Positions 41,377 through 59,299 of a DNA stretch of 64,000 nucleotides are shown here, piece by piece. Below the pieces are notes generated by a model. That model was not told where the DNA came from and did not search any database. It saw only the letters and a list, made by a program, of their open reading frames with translations. The DNA comes from Octopus vulgaris (lineage: Eukaryota), in the NCBI GenBank assembly GCA_951406725.2, contig OX597824.1, positions 29,698,001 through 29,762,000 of the forward strand, in the 5' to 3' direction. Numbering within the stretch: the first letter of the stretch is position 1; each line of letters opens with the position of its first letter. Position numbers and translations under genes: made by a program.

Positions 41377-41750
41377 GGAGGCGCAATGGCCCAGTGGTTA
41401 GGGCAGCGGACTCTCGGTCGGAGGATCGCGGTTTCGATTCCCAGACCAGGCGTTCTGTGTGTTTATTGAGCGAAAACGCCTAAAGCTCCACGAGGCTCCG
41501 GCAGGGGGTGGTGGCGACCCCTGTTGTACTCTTTCGCTCCAACTTTCTCTCACTCTTTCTTCCTGTTTCTTGTCCCCGTCTTCCTACGCAACCGCTGAGC
41601 CTAGATGCACATTCATCCATCCGTCGATGCTCTCGGTGTCGGGGGAGGGGTTGACTTGCTTTCTCTTCTGCGGGTCTTACGAATAGCAAAGGACCACGTT
41701 TAAGACTTCCTCCCATCTTGCGAGCTCTGGGACGAAGACCGCTTCGCTCA
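41377..41750 (+). mobile_element. Full-length tRNA-derived SINE family C with an alternative tail, within (CAA/CAG)n
   Basis: ggaggcgcaatggcccagtggttagggcagcggactc...ggtttcgattccc (A and B boxes). Confidence 0.85.
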
Positions 41751-42409
41751 ACAGTAACAGCAACAACAACAACAACGACAACGGCGACGATGACGACAAC
41801 AATATCAACAGCAACACAACAACAACAATAACATTATCAATAAGTCTGAAGCAAGCCAAGACGAAACAGCAACGGGTGTGAATATCAATGTTACTTTGGG
41901 AATTAGGGCTTTAAAAAAGATGGTAGACTTAAGACTCTGTAGCAACCGGTAAAGGGGAGAAACAGTTGAGGTTAGCTGATTTATGACCTATGTGTTTGTC
42001 ATGACAAAAAGGTCACCATTCTACATGAAATGTAAAATAAAACACCTTACAAACATTACTTTGATAAACTTCACCACCAAAAATTCTTGACACGCCGCCT
42101 TTAGCATATTATGTTTCTCCTAACAATAAGGCTGAGCTCGGAGGGGGTAAAGATTTTGAACTTTGGATATAAGATTTCCTACCCAGGTGGTTCTATTAGG
42201 TTTAGATATGACTTTGAGTCTTACTTGGATGTAATGTAGCTGAGGTAATGTGAGGTGGTATTTACACACAATCCACCCGTCCACACACACACACACACAC
42301 ACGTACACACATACACGCACACGCATACACGCATGTGTGTGTTTAAGTGTTAAGTACTTACAGAGATAGAAGGAAAAATACACGTCTGTGTGTGTATGTG
42401 TGTGTGTGC

Positions 42410-42491
<82 letters not shown>

Positions 42492-42666
42492 CTGTAGATG
42501 TAATATGAAATTTAACGGATAAGATTTTTGATAATAAATGTTATACATTTGTGAACGACAATTTGGGATGGGAAAAAACACACCTACTTGACGGAAATTG
42601 GATCGCATTTTACAAAACGGATTTCGCAAGAAATTACGATATATTTAATGCTATTCTGAAAATATG

Positions 42667-42711
<45 letters not shown>

Positions 42712-42719
42712 TACACGTA

Positions 42720-43085
42720 TATAGTTTCAGTCATTGAACTACGCGCATGTAAGGCTGCTGCTTCCAAAGGCTATTTAATCAAACGAATCGACCCACGTAC
42801 TTATTTTTATATTTTAAACCTTCTACTTATCATTAGCTATTTCTGTTGAGCCGTTACGTTACGGGGGCGTAAACAAACCAAGATCGGTTGTCAAGTGCAG
42901 GTAGAAGACACAAACACAAACATAATCACAAACACAAATGTAGATGTTTATACGATGGGCTTCTTTGACTTTCCAGCTACGAAAACCATTCACACGGATA
43001 TGGTCGGTTTTCGACTTTAATAGAAGATACGCAGTGGAACTGAACCCGAAACCATGTGGTTGCGAAGCAAACTTCTTACCACACC
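42720..43085 (-). mobile_element. Diverged SINE family A
   Basis: Recognisable tail (gtttcagtcatt), body and head (ggaactgaacccgaaaccatgtgg). Confidence 0.7.
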
Positions 43086-43104
43086 CCTACATCAATATAT
43101 CAAT

Positions 43105-43305
43105 ATGTAACCGCGTGTGTATCGTTGGCGATTTTCTTCCTCCGTCTTCCCTTCCTTGGACCTTTCCTTTTTCTGTATCTGACGAAGAGCTCTGCTCGAA
43201 ACGTTAAATCCTCCTTCCTTCTTTCCTTTCCTGAGCGTCCAATAACATTATACTTGTTCCACGTCCTCGCGTTATTGTGTTTTCGTTTGTTCATGTTTGG
43301 ATTAA

Positions 43306-43306
<1 letters not shown>
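43105..43306 (+). mobile_element. Hammerhead-bearing pLTR-like fragment (core at 43179-43205)
   Basis: CTGACGA-A-GAGC TCT GCTC-GAAACGTTA; stem I eroded; downstream ctgagcgtccaataac resembles 63616-63635. Confidence 0.65.
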
Positions 43307-43348
<42 letters not shown>

Positions 43349-43363
43349 CAAATATATATATAT

Positions 43364-43400
<37 letters not shown>

Positions 43401-43436
43401 AACAAAGAGAGAGAGAGAGAGAGAGAGTGAAAGAGA

Positions 43437-43920
43437 GACAGCGGTGTGCAATGTGTTACCAAAAAGGGAAACTAATTGTCACTAAATATGACAAGGGTGT
43501 TAGAACACCTATATTGCTTGAAATAAGAGCTAGAAAGCTTTAATGTTGTGGTTAAAGCATATAATTGTATAGATATGCACTAATAGGGATTGTAATCACC
43601 CGAAAACATCGGACGAGAAATTCGCTATACTGATCGGTCAGTCTCGGCTAATTCCGTAGTAGCCTCATCAATAGAGTCTGCTGGATTCGGCTGATTCCGG
43701 ATTTATTTCTCTGTCGATACATGTGCATTCACCATAAAAATCCATGGATGATTATGCGTATCGCTAATTTGTATACAAAAAAATAATATAGACAGCCGTG
43801 TGCAATGTTTTACCAAACAGGAAGACTATAATTGTCAATTAATATGACTAGGGTGTTGGTACACCAACATTGCTAGAAATAAGTGTTAAAAAGCTCTAAT
43901 GATGCAGTTGAAGCACATAA

Positions 43921-43927
<7 letters not shown>
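43437..43927 (-). mobile_element. 354-bp unit with ~135-bp terminal redundancy and one hammerhead (retrozyme-like)
   Basis: 43437-43571 is about 80% identical by eye to 43791-43927; hammerhead at 43623-43676. Confidence 0.7.
43623..43676 (-). ncRNA. Full-size type I hammerhead motif with two core transitions
   Basis: CTA-TTGATGA-GGCTA ctacggaat TAGCC-GAG-ACTGA ccga TCAGT-A-TAG: three stems intact, C3U and A14G. Confidence 0.7.
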
Positions 43928-43997
<70 letters not shown>

Positions 43998-44213
43998 AAG
44001 AGAGAGCAAGACATATACATATACATATATATACACATACACATACGAATCGTATCACTCCATCGGTTACGAAGACGAGCGTTCCACTTGATTTGATTAA
44101 CGAAAGTACCTGATATTGAAATACTTGTGCAAGTGGTTGAACACTCCAGATGCGCGCGTTTAAAGTACCGTTTAAAGTAGTTCTCAGGGTGATTCAGCAA
44201 GATACAAACTGTA

Positions 44214-44263
<50 letters not shown>

Positions 44264-44464
44264 ATTTATAACAAAGTAAAAGATTGTCATTGTAGCACTC
44301 AGAGTTTCGAATGTCAGAGCGAAGAGATTCGATACATTCTCGTCGGCTATTAATAGCAACAGACGCTATGAAAAACCGTTGAATAAAAGGGAAGTTGCTC
44401 TAATAGAAAAATAATAATCCTCCATCTAATATCGAGGTCTCATTCTTTTGTTGTTACTTTTTCT

Positions 44465-44841
<377 letters not shown>

Positions 44842-44926
44842 GATACATATATATTCATAGATATAGATATAAATACATAAATATATACATATACATACGT
44901 AATATACACATACATGCATATGTATG

Positions 44927-45021
<95 letters not shown>

Positions 45022-45128
45022 GTATATGTGTATGTAAATAAACAGATTTACATTTACATAAATATATATATATATATTTATATATGTATAAGATTATATA
45101 TATATATATATGTATATATGAATGTTTA

Positions 45129-45182
<54 letters not shown>

Positions 45183-45546
45183 AGACTATCAACTAGATTG
45201 TCAATTGTTCAAAAGAAAGGGTCTTTAATATTTTCGACTAAGTAATCCTTCATTAACCACGAACACAGATATACTACAACAGGATGTTGAATAAAGGTAG
45301 TAGAATTAACTACATCCCATAACCTTTATATAACAGGATGCTCTAGTTCACAAACTTCCGGTATCATTGTAAGAAAACCGATATTCATATCTGTCCCAGA
45401 ACACTTCAGTACACATAGACCAAGGGACGTTCTACAACTCATTAAAGTCATCATTATTATGACGATTATTATCATTGATCGATTCTCCATAAAGATCCAC
45501 CCGTTGTTGAATATCCGCTCATCCGTCGCGCTTATTGCAAATAAAG

Positions 45547-45617
<71 letters not shown>

Positions 45618-45623
45618 GTAACC

Positions 45624-45660
<37 letters not shown>

Positions 45661-45661
45661 C

Positions 45662-45695
<34 letters not shown>

Positions 45696-45736
45696 CTAAT
45701 GATGATGGTGATGATGATGGTGACGATGATGATGAT

Positions 45737-46188
45737 GCCCTGGTGCAGTACCAAGCAGTGGCTCTCGTGGCTTCTGATCTTAACTGATTGGAAATGTTAC
45801 CATTGTACATTGTTTTGTCTTGGTATAAAAGATGGGCTACAATAAATATTCTGCTCAATACCGCAGATTTGCTTGTCTGTTGTTTGACCTTAACCAGTTG
45901 ACCATGTCTCTTGGTGGCTGACGATATTTGCATCTCTGATCACGAGCAGAAGTAGAGGGGGAGTATCATAGCCGTGTGTCGAAATGAATTCTTGGAGGTT
46001 TGGATAATTCACCTTTGGAAACATGAGTGGTTCGTTCAACATCCTTAAACAATCCTTATTCAGGGACCTTTTGAGCGGGATGGGCTACTCGACCAGAAGA
46101 ATACTCTAACTGGGCCCCACCTGCAAAGTCATGCGCTGTTTATCTTGATATGAGATCACCATGTCCCACACATATGGTTGTGATGCAT
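45737..46188 (+). mobile_element. Non-coding interspersed repeat embedded in (TAA)n/(GAT)n
   Basis: Overlaps in sequence with the inverted copy at 12955-13188. Confidence 0.7.
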
Positions 46189-46337
46189 TATTATCATAAT
46201 AATCATCATTATTATTATTTTTTGGGGGGAGGGTCGATTAAATGAGTACCAGTTACGCACTGGGATCGATGTAATTGACTTAATCCCTTTGTCTGTCCTT
46301 GTTTGTCCCCTCTATGTTTAGCCCCCTGTAGGTAATA

Positions 46338-46469
<132 letters not shown>

Positions 46470-46470
46470 G

Positions 46471-46698
46471 AAGGCGGTGAGCTGGTAGAGTCGTTAGTAC
46501 GCCGGGCAAGATGCTTAGCTGCATTTTGTCCGTCTTTACGTCCTGAGGTCAAATTCCTCCGAGGTCGACTTTACCTTTCATCCTTTCAGGGGCGATAAAT
46601 TAAGTACCAGTTGAGTACTGGGATCGATGTGATCGACTTACCTCCTCCCAAAAAAATTTCAGACCTTGTGCCTTTAGTAGAAAGGATTATTATTATTA
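46471..46698 (+). mobile_element. Family B SINE variant with an (ATT)n tail
   Basis: Head, Nin core, tail aaaatttcagaccttgtgcctttagtagaaaggattatt; sister copy at 48598-48815. Confidence 0.9.
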
Positions 46699-48815
<2,117 letters not shown>

Positions 48816-48821
48816 TTATTA

Positions 48822-48886
<65 letters not shown>

Positions 48887-48914
48887 GTTGTTGTTGTTGC
48901 TGTTGTTGTTGTTG

Positions 48915-48974
<60 letters not shown>

Positions 48975-49589
48975 GTATGTGTGTATAAATGTGTGTGCGC
49001 ATGTGTGTATAGGTATACATTCCATGCACATGTATATGTGCACAGTGTGACTTAACTAGCGAGCTCAAATGAAGAGCCTTTCTCACATCAAGGTGAAGAA
49101 TTAATCACTTTGAGGTTAAGGCAATATACAAACACTTCGCGTTAGAAAACATGCGCATAAACCTGTACGATGTACTTGAAACAAAACACTTGAAAGATTT
49201 CTTTAATGCTGTCAGGTGAGTAAATGACTTTAACAACCTTGATTTTCTTCTCATTTTTTTTTTCTGATTAAAAAAATTTCTATTAAATTTTGTTGGAGTT
49301 TTATTTATTTATATATGTTGTATTTATTTAAGCTTCCTTTGATTTGATTTTTATTATTTTTAAACGTCTGTGATTGAATGTTTGCATTTCCCGATTTGCT
49401 TGTCAAATCGTCGTTACATTCCATGCCAAGAGTGCTGCTATAATCCCGTTCTAATGATTGCAACAGGAGTATTTTATGAAGTGAAGTGGTTTGTTATGCG
49501 TTGGTCTCAACTGTGTAGTAATTACTCTGTAGCTTCTTTAAATACAGCTGCTTCTTCCAAACATCGAGTAGGTAATGGTTAAACATATA

Positions 49590-50097
49590 GGCGCAGGTGT
49601 GGCTGTGTAGCAAAAAGTTGGTTTCCGAACCACGTGGTTCCGTGTTCAGTCCCACCGCATGGAACCTTGGACAAGTGTCTTCTTTTATAGCCTCTGCCCG
49701 ACCAATGCCTTGTGAATGTGAAGGCACAAGGCCTAGTGGTTAGAGCAGCGGACTCACGGTCGAGGAATCGCGGGTTCGAATCTCAGACCGGGCAATGAGC
49801 GAAAACACCTAAGCTCCACGCGGTTCCAGCAAAAGGTAATGGCGAACTTCTGCTGACTCTTTTTCGCCACAACTTTCTCTCACTCTTTCCTCCTGGATCT
49901 TGCAGCTCACCTGCGACGGACTGGCGTCCCGTCCAGGTGGGGAACGTATACGCTAAGAAACCGGGAAACCGGCCCTTATGAGCCTAGCATGGCTCAAGAA
50001 GGAACAAACAAACAAAATATGCCTTGTGAATGGATTTGTTAGACGGAAACTGAAAGCCTGTCGCAAGTGTGGTGTGTGTGTGTGTGTGTGTGTCTGT

Positions 50098-50157
<60 letters not shown>

Positions 50158-50345
50158 GTGTGTGTACTTGTGTTTGTCTCCAACCAACGTTTGTTGGTGT
50201 GTTCACGTTTCCATAACTTAGCGGTTCAACAAAAAAGACCGAAATAATATGTATCAGATATGGAAAAAGGAAAATAAGTACTGAAAAGCTCTTTAAGGCG
50301 GTGCCCCAGCTTGGTCGCAGTCTAATGACTAAGACAAGTAAATGA
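49590..50345 (+). mobile_element. Family A SINE interrupted by a family C SINE (49719-50018)
   Basis: 14-bp TSD atgccttgtgaatg at 49705-49718 and 50019-50032. Confidence 0.9.
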
Positions 50346-50690
50346 TATGCGATAAAAGACAGCCTTGGGACCCCTGGATGACGCTGCAAACTAAAACGCC
50401 GCTCCAGGTGGTATACACTCGAGCTATACCACTTCAATAAAGCGTCCGAAAATGATTCCATCTAGCTTTTAATTACATATTTTGATATTCTGGCTTCAGA
50501 TCAAAAGAAAGGGTCGACTTTCCTAAATTTTATCCTTTCACAGTCGATGAAATAAGAAGCAGTCTGTTACTAAGATCGATGATGTTGATAACCTTATGAT
50601 TAGCAGCACTTCTTCCGGTTTTACATCCTGAGATCAAATATGGCTAAGCTGGTCTTTACGTCCTCCTTTGAATGTCGATATTATAATATA

Positions 50691-50924
50691 TTTTTCTTTA
50701 CTACCCACAATGGGCTAAACACAAAGGATACAAACAAAGACATACAAACGGATTAAGTCGATTACATCGACCCCAGTGCGTAACTGGTACTTAATATATC
50801 GACCACGAAAGGATGAAAGGCAAAGTCGACCTCGGCGGAATTTGAACTCAGAACGTAACGGCAGACAAAATACGGCTACGCATTTCGCCCGGCGTGCTAA
50901 CGTTTCTGCCAGCTCGCCGCCTAA
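50691..50924 (-). mobile_element. Young family B SINE inserted antisense into an old family B copy
   Basis: 17-bp TSD gtcgatattataatata at 50674-50690 and 50925-50941. Confidence 0.95.
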
Positions 50925-51047
50925 GTCGATATTATAATATAAACTCCAATTGGTGTCTGGAGTCAATGAAATCGACTAACCACTCCTATGGAAAAAAAGA
51001 AAATACGCTGGCCTAGTGCCAAAATTTAAGACTGTATCATTATTATC

Positions 51048-52180
<1,133 letters not shown>

Positions 52181-52819
52181 ATATTATCATTATTACAATT
52201 ATCATTCTTGTAATCATGGTTGTTCTCACCAGCGAAATAATTACCACCATCATCGTCTCTATCATCATCATCATCATCATCATCATCCGGCGGCAGCGGC
52301 AACGACGACGGAGATGACGATGATGATGAAGATGATGATGATGGTGGTGGTGGTGGTGGTGGTGGTGGTGGCGGTGATGGTGATGGTGATGGTGATGGTG
52401 ATGATGAGCGTAAAAGTTAACTCTGGAACTTTCACTTTTATTGAATTCCTTCACAGTAAGGCATTTCCTCTATCTTTTGGTTGAAAATGTCTCCAATCCA
52501 TCCAGGGAAGACAGAGAGAAAAGAAAGCCATTTTCGATAGAGTTCACCATTCATTGTGACCAGGCGAGCTGTCGGTGAGCGAAACATTCAATATTGCTTC
52601 AATATATCTGGGTTTATTTGCTTTTGTTTCACAACAAAACACAATTTCTAAACCTCCTTTCTGCACAACGGCTTTTATTTCAATGTTTAGTTGATAGGGG
52701 ACTCACCGTTCAACAAGAGAGAGAGAGAGAGAGGAAGAAAGTGAGAGAGTGGGGGAAAGAGAAAGAGGGAGAGAGACGGGGACAGAGATTGCTACATATA
52801 TATAGAGAGAGAGATAAAG

Positions 52820-52857
<38 letters not shown>

Positions 52858-52906
52858 AAACATACATATGCATACATCCATATATAAATATATTTATGGA
52901 TGTACG

Positions 52907-52976
<70 letters not shown>

Positions 52977-53154
52977 CGTATATGTATATATATATATATA
53001 TACGTATATATATACATACATATATATATATATACACCTATACATGCAAGCTTATATATATATATATACATTTATATACGTATATATATAAATATATATA
53101 TATATTTACATACATAAAAGCAAGCGTACATACATACATACATACTTACATACA

Positions 53155-53219
<65 letters not shown>

Positions 53220-53237
53220 CATACATACATACATACA

Positions 53238-53273
<36 letters not shown>

Positions 53274-53733
53274 TACACCTACATATATATATATATATAC
53301 AGAGAGAGGACGTAGAGTAGACATAGGGATGTAGTCGGCGAGAGAGGTCTTAAAACCTAAGGTTGCGGAGAAAGAGTGAAAGAGGTGAGACGTACGTTGC
53401 GTTGCATTGAAATGTTGTTTTAAACACTAGGAGTCCGTCGCTCATTAATAGTGGCAAACAAGCAGTCTCTTTGGGGGGAAATATACTTCACAATAGAACA
53501 ACATTATTTGCACAAACAAAGAAGCACACAAACGATAATTTTGAAGAAGAAATTTCTGAAGATAGAATTTAAACAAAGCTCACGCAACATCTCTTCTGGG
53601 GTCTTGTCAATACAACTCATTTTATTTATCATCACAGCCAAATGTTACCACTTAGATTTTGCGTACAATTTCAGCCTAGTTCTGTGAAGCAACTATTTCT
53701 ATACTACTACTACGACTATCATTATAATAATAA

Positions 53734-53773
<40 letters not shown>

Positions 53774-54334
53774 CATTATTATTATACGCTATTCATTAAT
53801 GATTTAATTTTCCCATATACAATCGTTCTTTGCACTCTTCCACTGTTTTTGTATTGATTGTAACTTACGTCGTGGCAACACAACAACCACACTACGGGAA
53901 ATAGCAATCACGTGATATATTATTGGTTTCTCACAGAATTTATGCCCATTCAATTATTTCTAATTGATACAAGTCACTGGTTAAACACGGTGATTTATTG
54001 TTCGATTTCGCTATAATCGATATGGCTATAATATAAGATTTACAAACGATGACCGACTGAAATATGTATTCACAAATTGTTTTCAACACTGAAATTAATC
54101 AAATAATCTTTCCCTATTTTACACGCATTAACTATAACATTATACAAACCCGTATTTAACTATGTACACACACATCCCTACACACGTACACACACAAACA
54201 CACACGCGCACACACATTGGTCTATATGTATGTACATGGAGATACAGTTATAGATACAAGAGTATGGTTGTGTATCTGTATAGATATGTATGTCTTTATA
54301 TATGTGTGTATATGTACGTACGAGTGTATGTATG

Positions 54335-54369
<35 letters not shown>

Positions 54370-54931
54370 GAATGTATGTATGTATGTATGTATGTATATC
54401 CATATACACATGTATAGATACAATTATGGATATAAGTATTTGATTTTGTGTCTACAGATATGCATGCATAGGCGTGTGTATGTATGTGTGTGTATATATA
54501 TATGTGTGTGTGTGTGTTTGTGTGTTTGTACGTGTGAATGTGTGTGCGTGTGTACGTGTGAGTGTGTGTGTTTTGTATGTATACTGTATACATACATACA
54601 TGTACACACAAACACGTCTATACAAGCACATACACAACCACACATACAAATACAAATCATTATTCTGACTTTTTCCAACCCGATCTCTCGGTGATAGTTA
54701 TTCATGGACCAGAAAGCCGAATAAAGTTCCGTGATACATATTACGGATGCCTAGGGATGCATCACTAGGGATGATGTGGTTTCGAGTCCTTCAAAGTCAG
54801 ACCTCCTCATCCACAGGAGCCTCCTCAAATGAAGTGTTTTCCTCAAGAACACAACGCATTGTCTTACAATTTCACTATAATAAGTGCAACACCCTAACCA
54901 GTAGGCCACGCAACTCAACATACATACATAC

Positions 54932-54997
<66 letters not shown>

Positions 54998-55108
54998 TGG
55001 TTTAGGATTTTGGCACAAGGCAAAGTAATTTCAGTGGTGGTGGGCATGGGATGGGGTGAGGAAGGGCTAACCGATTACATCGACCTCAGTGCCCATTTGA
55101 TACTTATT
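54998..55108 (-). repeat. Exact 111-bp inverted copy of 52070-52180
   Basis: Base-by-base identity by eye; both copies give ORFs beginning MPTTTEITLPCAKILNQ. Confidence 0.95.
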
Positions 55109-55110
55109 AT

Positions 55111-55797
55111 ACTTATTATAGTGAAATTGTAAGATTGTGGTTTCAGTTCCTGGTCCTGACAATGCCTTAGGAATGAGAACCTAGATTCGAAATTTCCCCC
55201 AAGACACCTGATGAAGGCAGGAGAGTATATCAGCCAAAACTTTGAGTTAACAAGAGGAGGACAAATATCCGTCAATTGTATATATAATGTAAATAATGTA
55301 CATAATTCGTCATCTCTTAAATATAGAACTGCACAAGGATATCTTGTTTAACTGAAAGTTTACATTGTCGCAAGGATGTACATGTTAACACATGGAAGAT
55401 TCATTTTTAAAGTCTCAATCTAACAACATGTGATACTTTTATGTAGATTAGCCCTAATGAGATTTACTCATATAATATTCTAAATACAAATTTCACATTA
55501 TCTTATTTATAAATTTGTAATTAGTAGTGAGTAAAATTGAAACAATTGTTGGTATTTTTATTAACTATATGTTGATAAATTATTTTATATCTATATACTC
55601 TTCATCTTCTTCTTTTCTCTCCTTGTTTCTCTCCTAGTTTCTTTCTGTGTTCCTTTCTACCGAAGAACGTAGGCTTGAAACGTTAAAGACTTTTCAATTT
55701 CGAGCGTTATACTAATACATCTGTTTGTTTTCTAGACCACCTGTCTTCGTCTTTTGTTTTTTTCGTGAATTCTCCCTATATATATATATATATGTAA

Positions 55798-55869
<72 letters not shown>

Positions 55870-55883
55870 TGTATATATATATG

Positions 55884-55923
<40 letters not shown>

Positions 55924-55936
55924 CATATATATATAC

Positions 55937-56013
<77 letters not shown>

Positions 56014-56705
56014 CTTACATATATATATATATATATATATAGGGAGAATTCACGAAAAAAACAAAAGACGAAGACAGGTGGTCTAGAAAACAAACAGATG
56101 TATTAGTATAACGCTCGGAAATTGAAAAAGTCTTTAACGTTTCAAGCCTACGTTCTTCGGTAGAAAGGAACACAGAAAGAAACTAGGAGAGAAACAAGGA
56201 GAGAAAAGAAGAAGATGAAGAGTATATAGATATAAAATAATTTATCAACATATAGTTAATAAAAATACCAACAATTGTTTCAATTTTACTCACTACTAAT
56301 TACAAATTTATAAATAAGATAATGTGAAATTTGTATTTAGAATATTATATGAGTAAATCTCATTAGGGCTAATCTACATAAAAGTATCACATGTTGTTAG
56401 ATTGAGACTTTAAAAATGAATCTTCCATGTGTTAACATGTACATCCTTGCGACAATGTAAACTTTCAGTTAAACAAGATATCCTTGTGCAGTTCTATATT
56501 TAAGAGATGAGGAATTATGTACATTATTTACATTATATACAATTGACGGATATTTGTCCTCATCTTGTTAACTCAAAGTTTTGGCTGATATACCTCCAGC
56601 CTTCATCAGGTGTCTTGGGGAAATTTCGAATCTAGGTTCTCATTCCTAAGGCATTGTCAGGACCAGGAACTGAAACCACAATCTTACAATTTCACTATAA
56701 TAAGT
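55111..56705. repeat. 1.6-kb palindrome: ~665-bp unique arms around a mirrored (TA)n core
   Basis: 55111-55776 is the near-perfect reverse complement of 56041-56705. Confidence 0.95.
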
Positions 56706-56781
56706 GCAACATCCTAACTACTAGGCCACACACCTCAACATACGTACATACATACATAATACATACACACATACTTAACCA

Positions 56782-57120
<339 letters not shown>

Positions 57121-57489
57121 AAGATATCCTTGGCCTAAAGAGTAGCCTATGGTATACACCTCGCTTGAATATTTACCACTTGTGAGGTCTCGCTCACTAT
57201 GAAACATATGCAGCTCGGATCTTATCTGATCCATTCCTTAACTCGTGTATTCTTATTCGCACACTCGGCAACCCTGGTCGCCTACCGTGAAATATAAAGA
57301 GAACTTTTTTTACAGTTTATCGTACTTCCATACGAAAAAATCCACAACCTTCCGTCTCAATAAACCACTATTGTCCCAGAAAATATTTACTACGTATTGC
57401 TTGAAGCTAACTTTCTTCCGACACCTCATCCCATGATCTTATGTGTGTGTGTGTGTGTGTGTATGTGTGTATGTATGTATGTATGTATG

Positions 57490-57519
<30 letters not shown>

Positions 57520-57520
<1 letters not shown>

Positions 57521-57603
57521 ATCTTGGGAAAATATCTTCTACATTAGCCTCGGCCCAAACAAAGCCTTGTGAGTGGATTTGGTAAAATGGAAGAAGCCTG
57601 TCG

Positions 57604-57659
<56 letters not shown>

Positions 57660-57856
57660 GGTTTGTGTGACCCCCCACCACTATTGCTTGACAAACGATG
57701 TTGGTGTGTTTACATCCCCGTAACTTAGCGGTTCGGCAAAACAGACCGATAGAATAAATACTAGGCTTACAAGAAATAAGTCATGGTGTCAATTTGGTCG
57801 ACAAAAGGCAGTGTTCCAGCATGGCCGCAGTCAAATGACTGAAACAAATAAAAAGA

Positions 57857-57857
<1 letters not shown>
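57520..57857 (+). mobile_element. SINE family A lacking its head
   Basis: agcctcggcccaaacaaagccttgtgagtggatttgg, (TG)n, body and tail. Confidence 0.85.
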
Positions 57858-57908
<51 letters not shown>

Positions 57909-57971
57909 TCTTTTTATTTGTTTCAGTCATTTATATATATATATATATACATATATATACATATACATATA

Positions 57972-58020
<49 letters not shown>

Positions 58021-58241
58021 GTATATAGATAGTAAATGTGTATATATATCCACATATATATCTTTATGCTTGTGTGCGTGTGTGTCTGCGCGTCTGGTCT
58101 ATGTATGTATGTTATCCTGCAGAAAATATTCAAACGATAAACAAGTTTTGATTGTTCACTCATGCAACTAATTTGAAAAGAATTCCATAAAACGAAAGAT
58201 CGAGACGGGGCGGAGATAAATGGGAGTGACTACAATGAATT

Positions 58242-58297
<56 letters not shown>

Positions 58298-58360
58298 GGT
58301 GGTGGTGGTGGTGGTGGTGGTGGTGGTGGTGGTGGGGTTATGGTGGTGGTGGTGGTTTTG

Positions 58361-58406
<46 letters not shown>

Positions 58407-58407
58407 C

Positions 58408-58492
<85 letters not shown>

Positions 58493-59299
58493 CTGCTATT
58501 ACTACTGCTACTAAGAAGAAGAAAAAGAAGAAGAAGAAGAAGAAGAAGAAGAAGAAGAAGAAGAAGAAGAAGAAGAAGAAGAAGAAGAAGAAGAAGAAGA
58601 AGAAGAAGAAGAAGAAGGAGAGGAAGAAGAACAAACAATTTCATGATGAATGGTAATATGGGTCATAAGAATTACTGAATGAGGTAGGACACGATTTAAT
58701 TGTAAAATAAAGTGTATTAAAAATGCTATTGGAGCAAAAATGCGCAACTATTAAATACAATAGCTTGTAACGAAATAACCATACGAAAACGAAAATGTGC
58801 ATAGAAAATTTCAATTTCGTAGGAACAAAGTGTTTTTTTTTTAATTAAATATATTGAATTAAATGCGGTTAAGTTGTAAAGAAAGTGCAAAAGCTGCTCA
58901 AAGATGTGAGGTACATATTTGTAAACATATAGTTTTATGTTAGAAGGCTATTTTGGTGATAAAAAATAAAAGGGTAGAAAAAAGCGATATTTATAGAGAT
59001 GATGGACTGTTAACATCAAGAAATACGTTTGAGTGGATATTAGCTAAATATATCTGGGAGAGCCCCCAATAAAGCTTTTATTGAAGTAGGATTACGTGTT
59101 ATCTCGGACACTAATTTTACTATAGTTGATCTTTTTTTTTTTTTTGAGAATTTATCCTGGTTCTTAATACTAATAAGTTTAGATGGTACAATAATTCTAA
59201 CATGAAATGTTGTTACATAAATAAGCGTTTTAATCATTAATCTAAAACTGATTAGCGCATCTGCATAAAACCTCGTTTGTATGTGCCTCTTACTGCTAT

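Noticed and set aside
41377-41450. tRNA-like sequences (also at 49720, 56782 and 39970-40041)
   Set aside because: They continue into SINE bodies and lack a complete cloverleaf, so they are SINE heads rather than tRNA genes.
49046-49222. Strong donor CAG|GTGAGT at ~49213 as a coding exon end
   Set aside because: Frames from the nearby AG acceptors all hit stops; a non-coding exon cannot be supported without RNA data.
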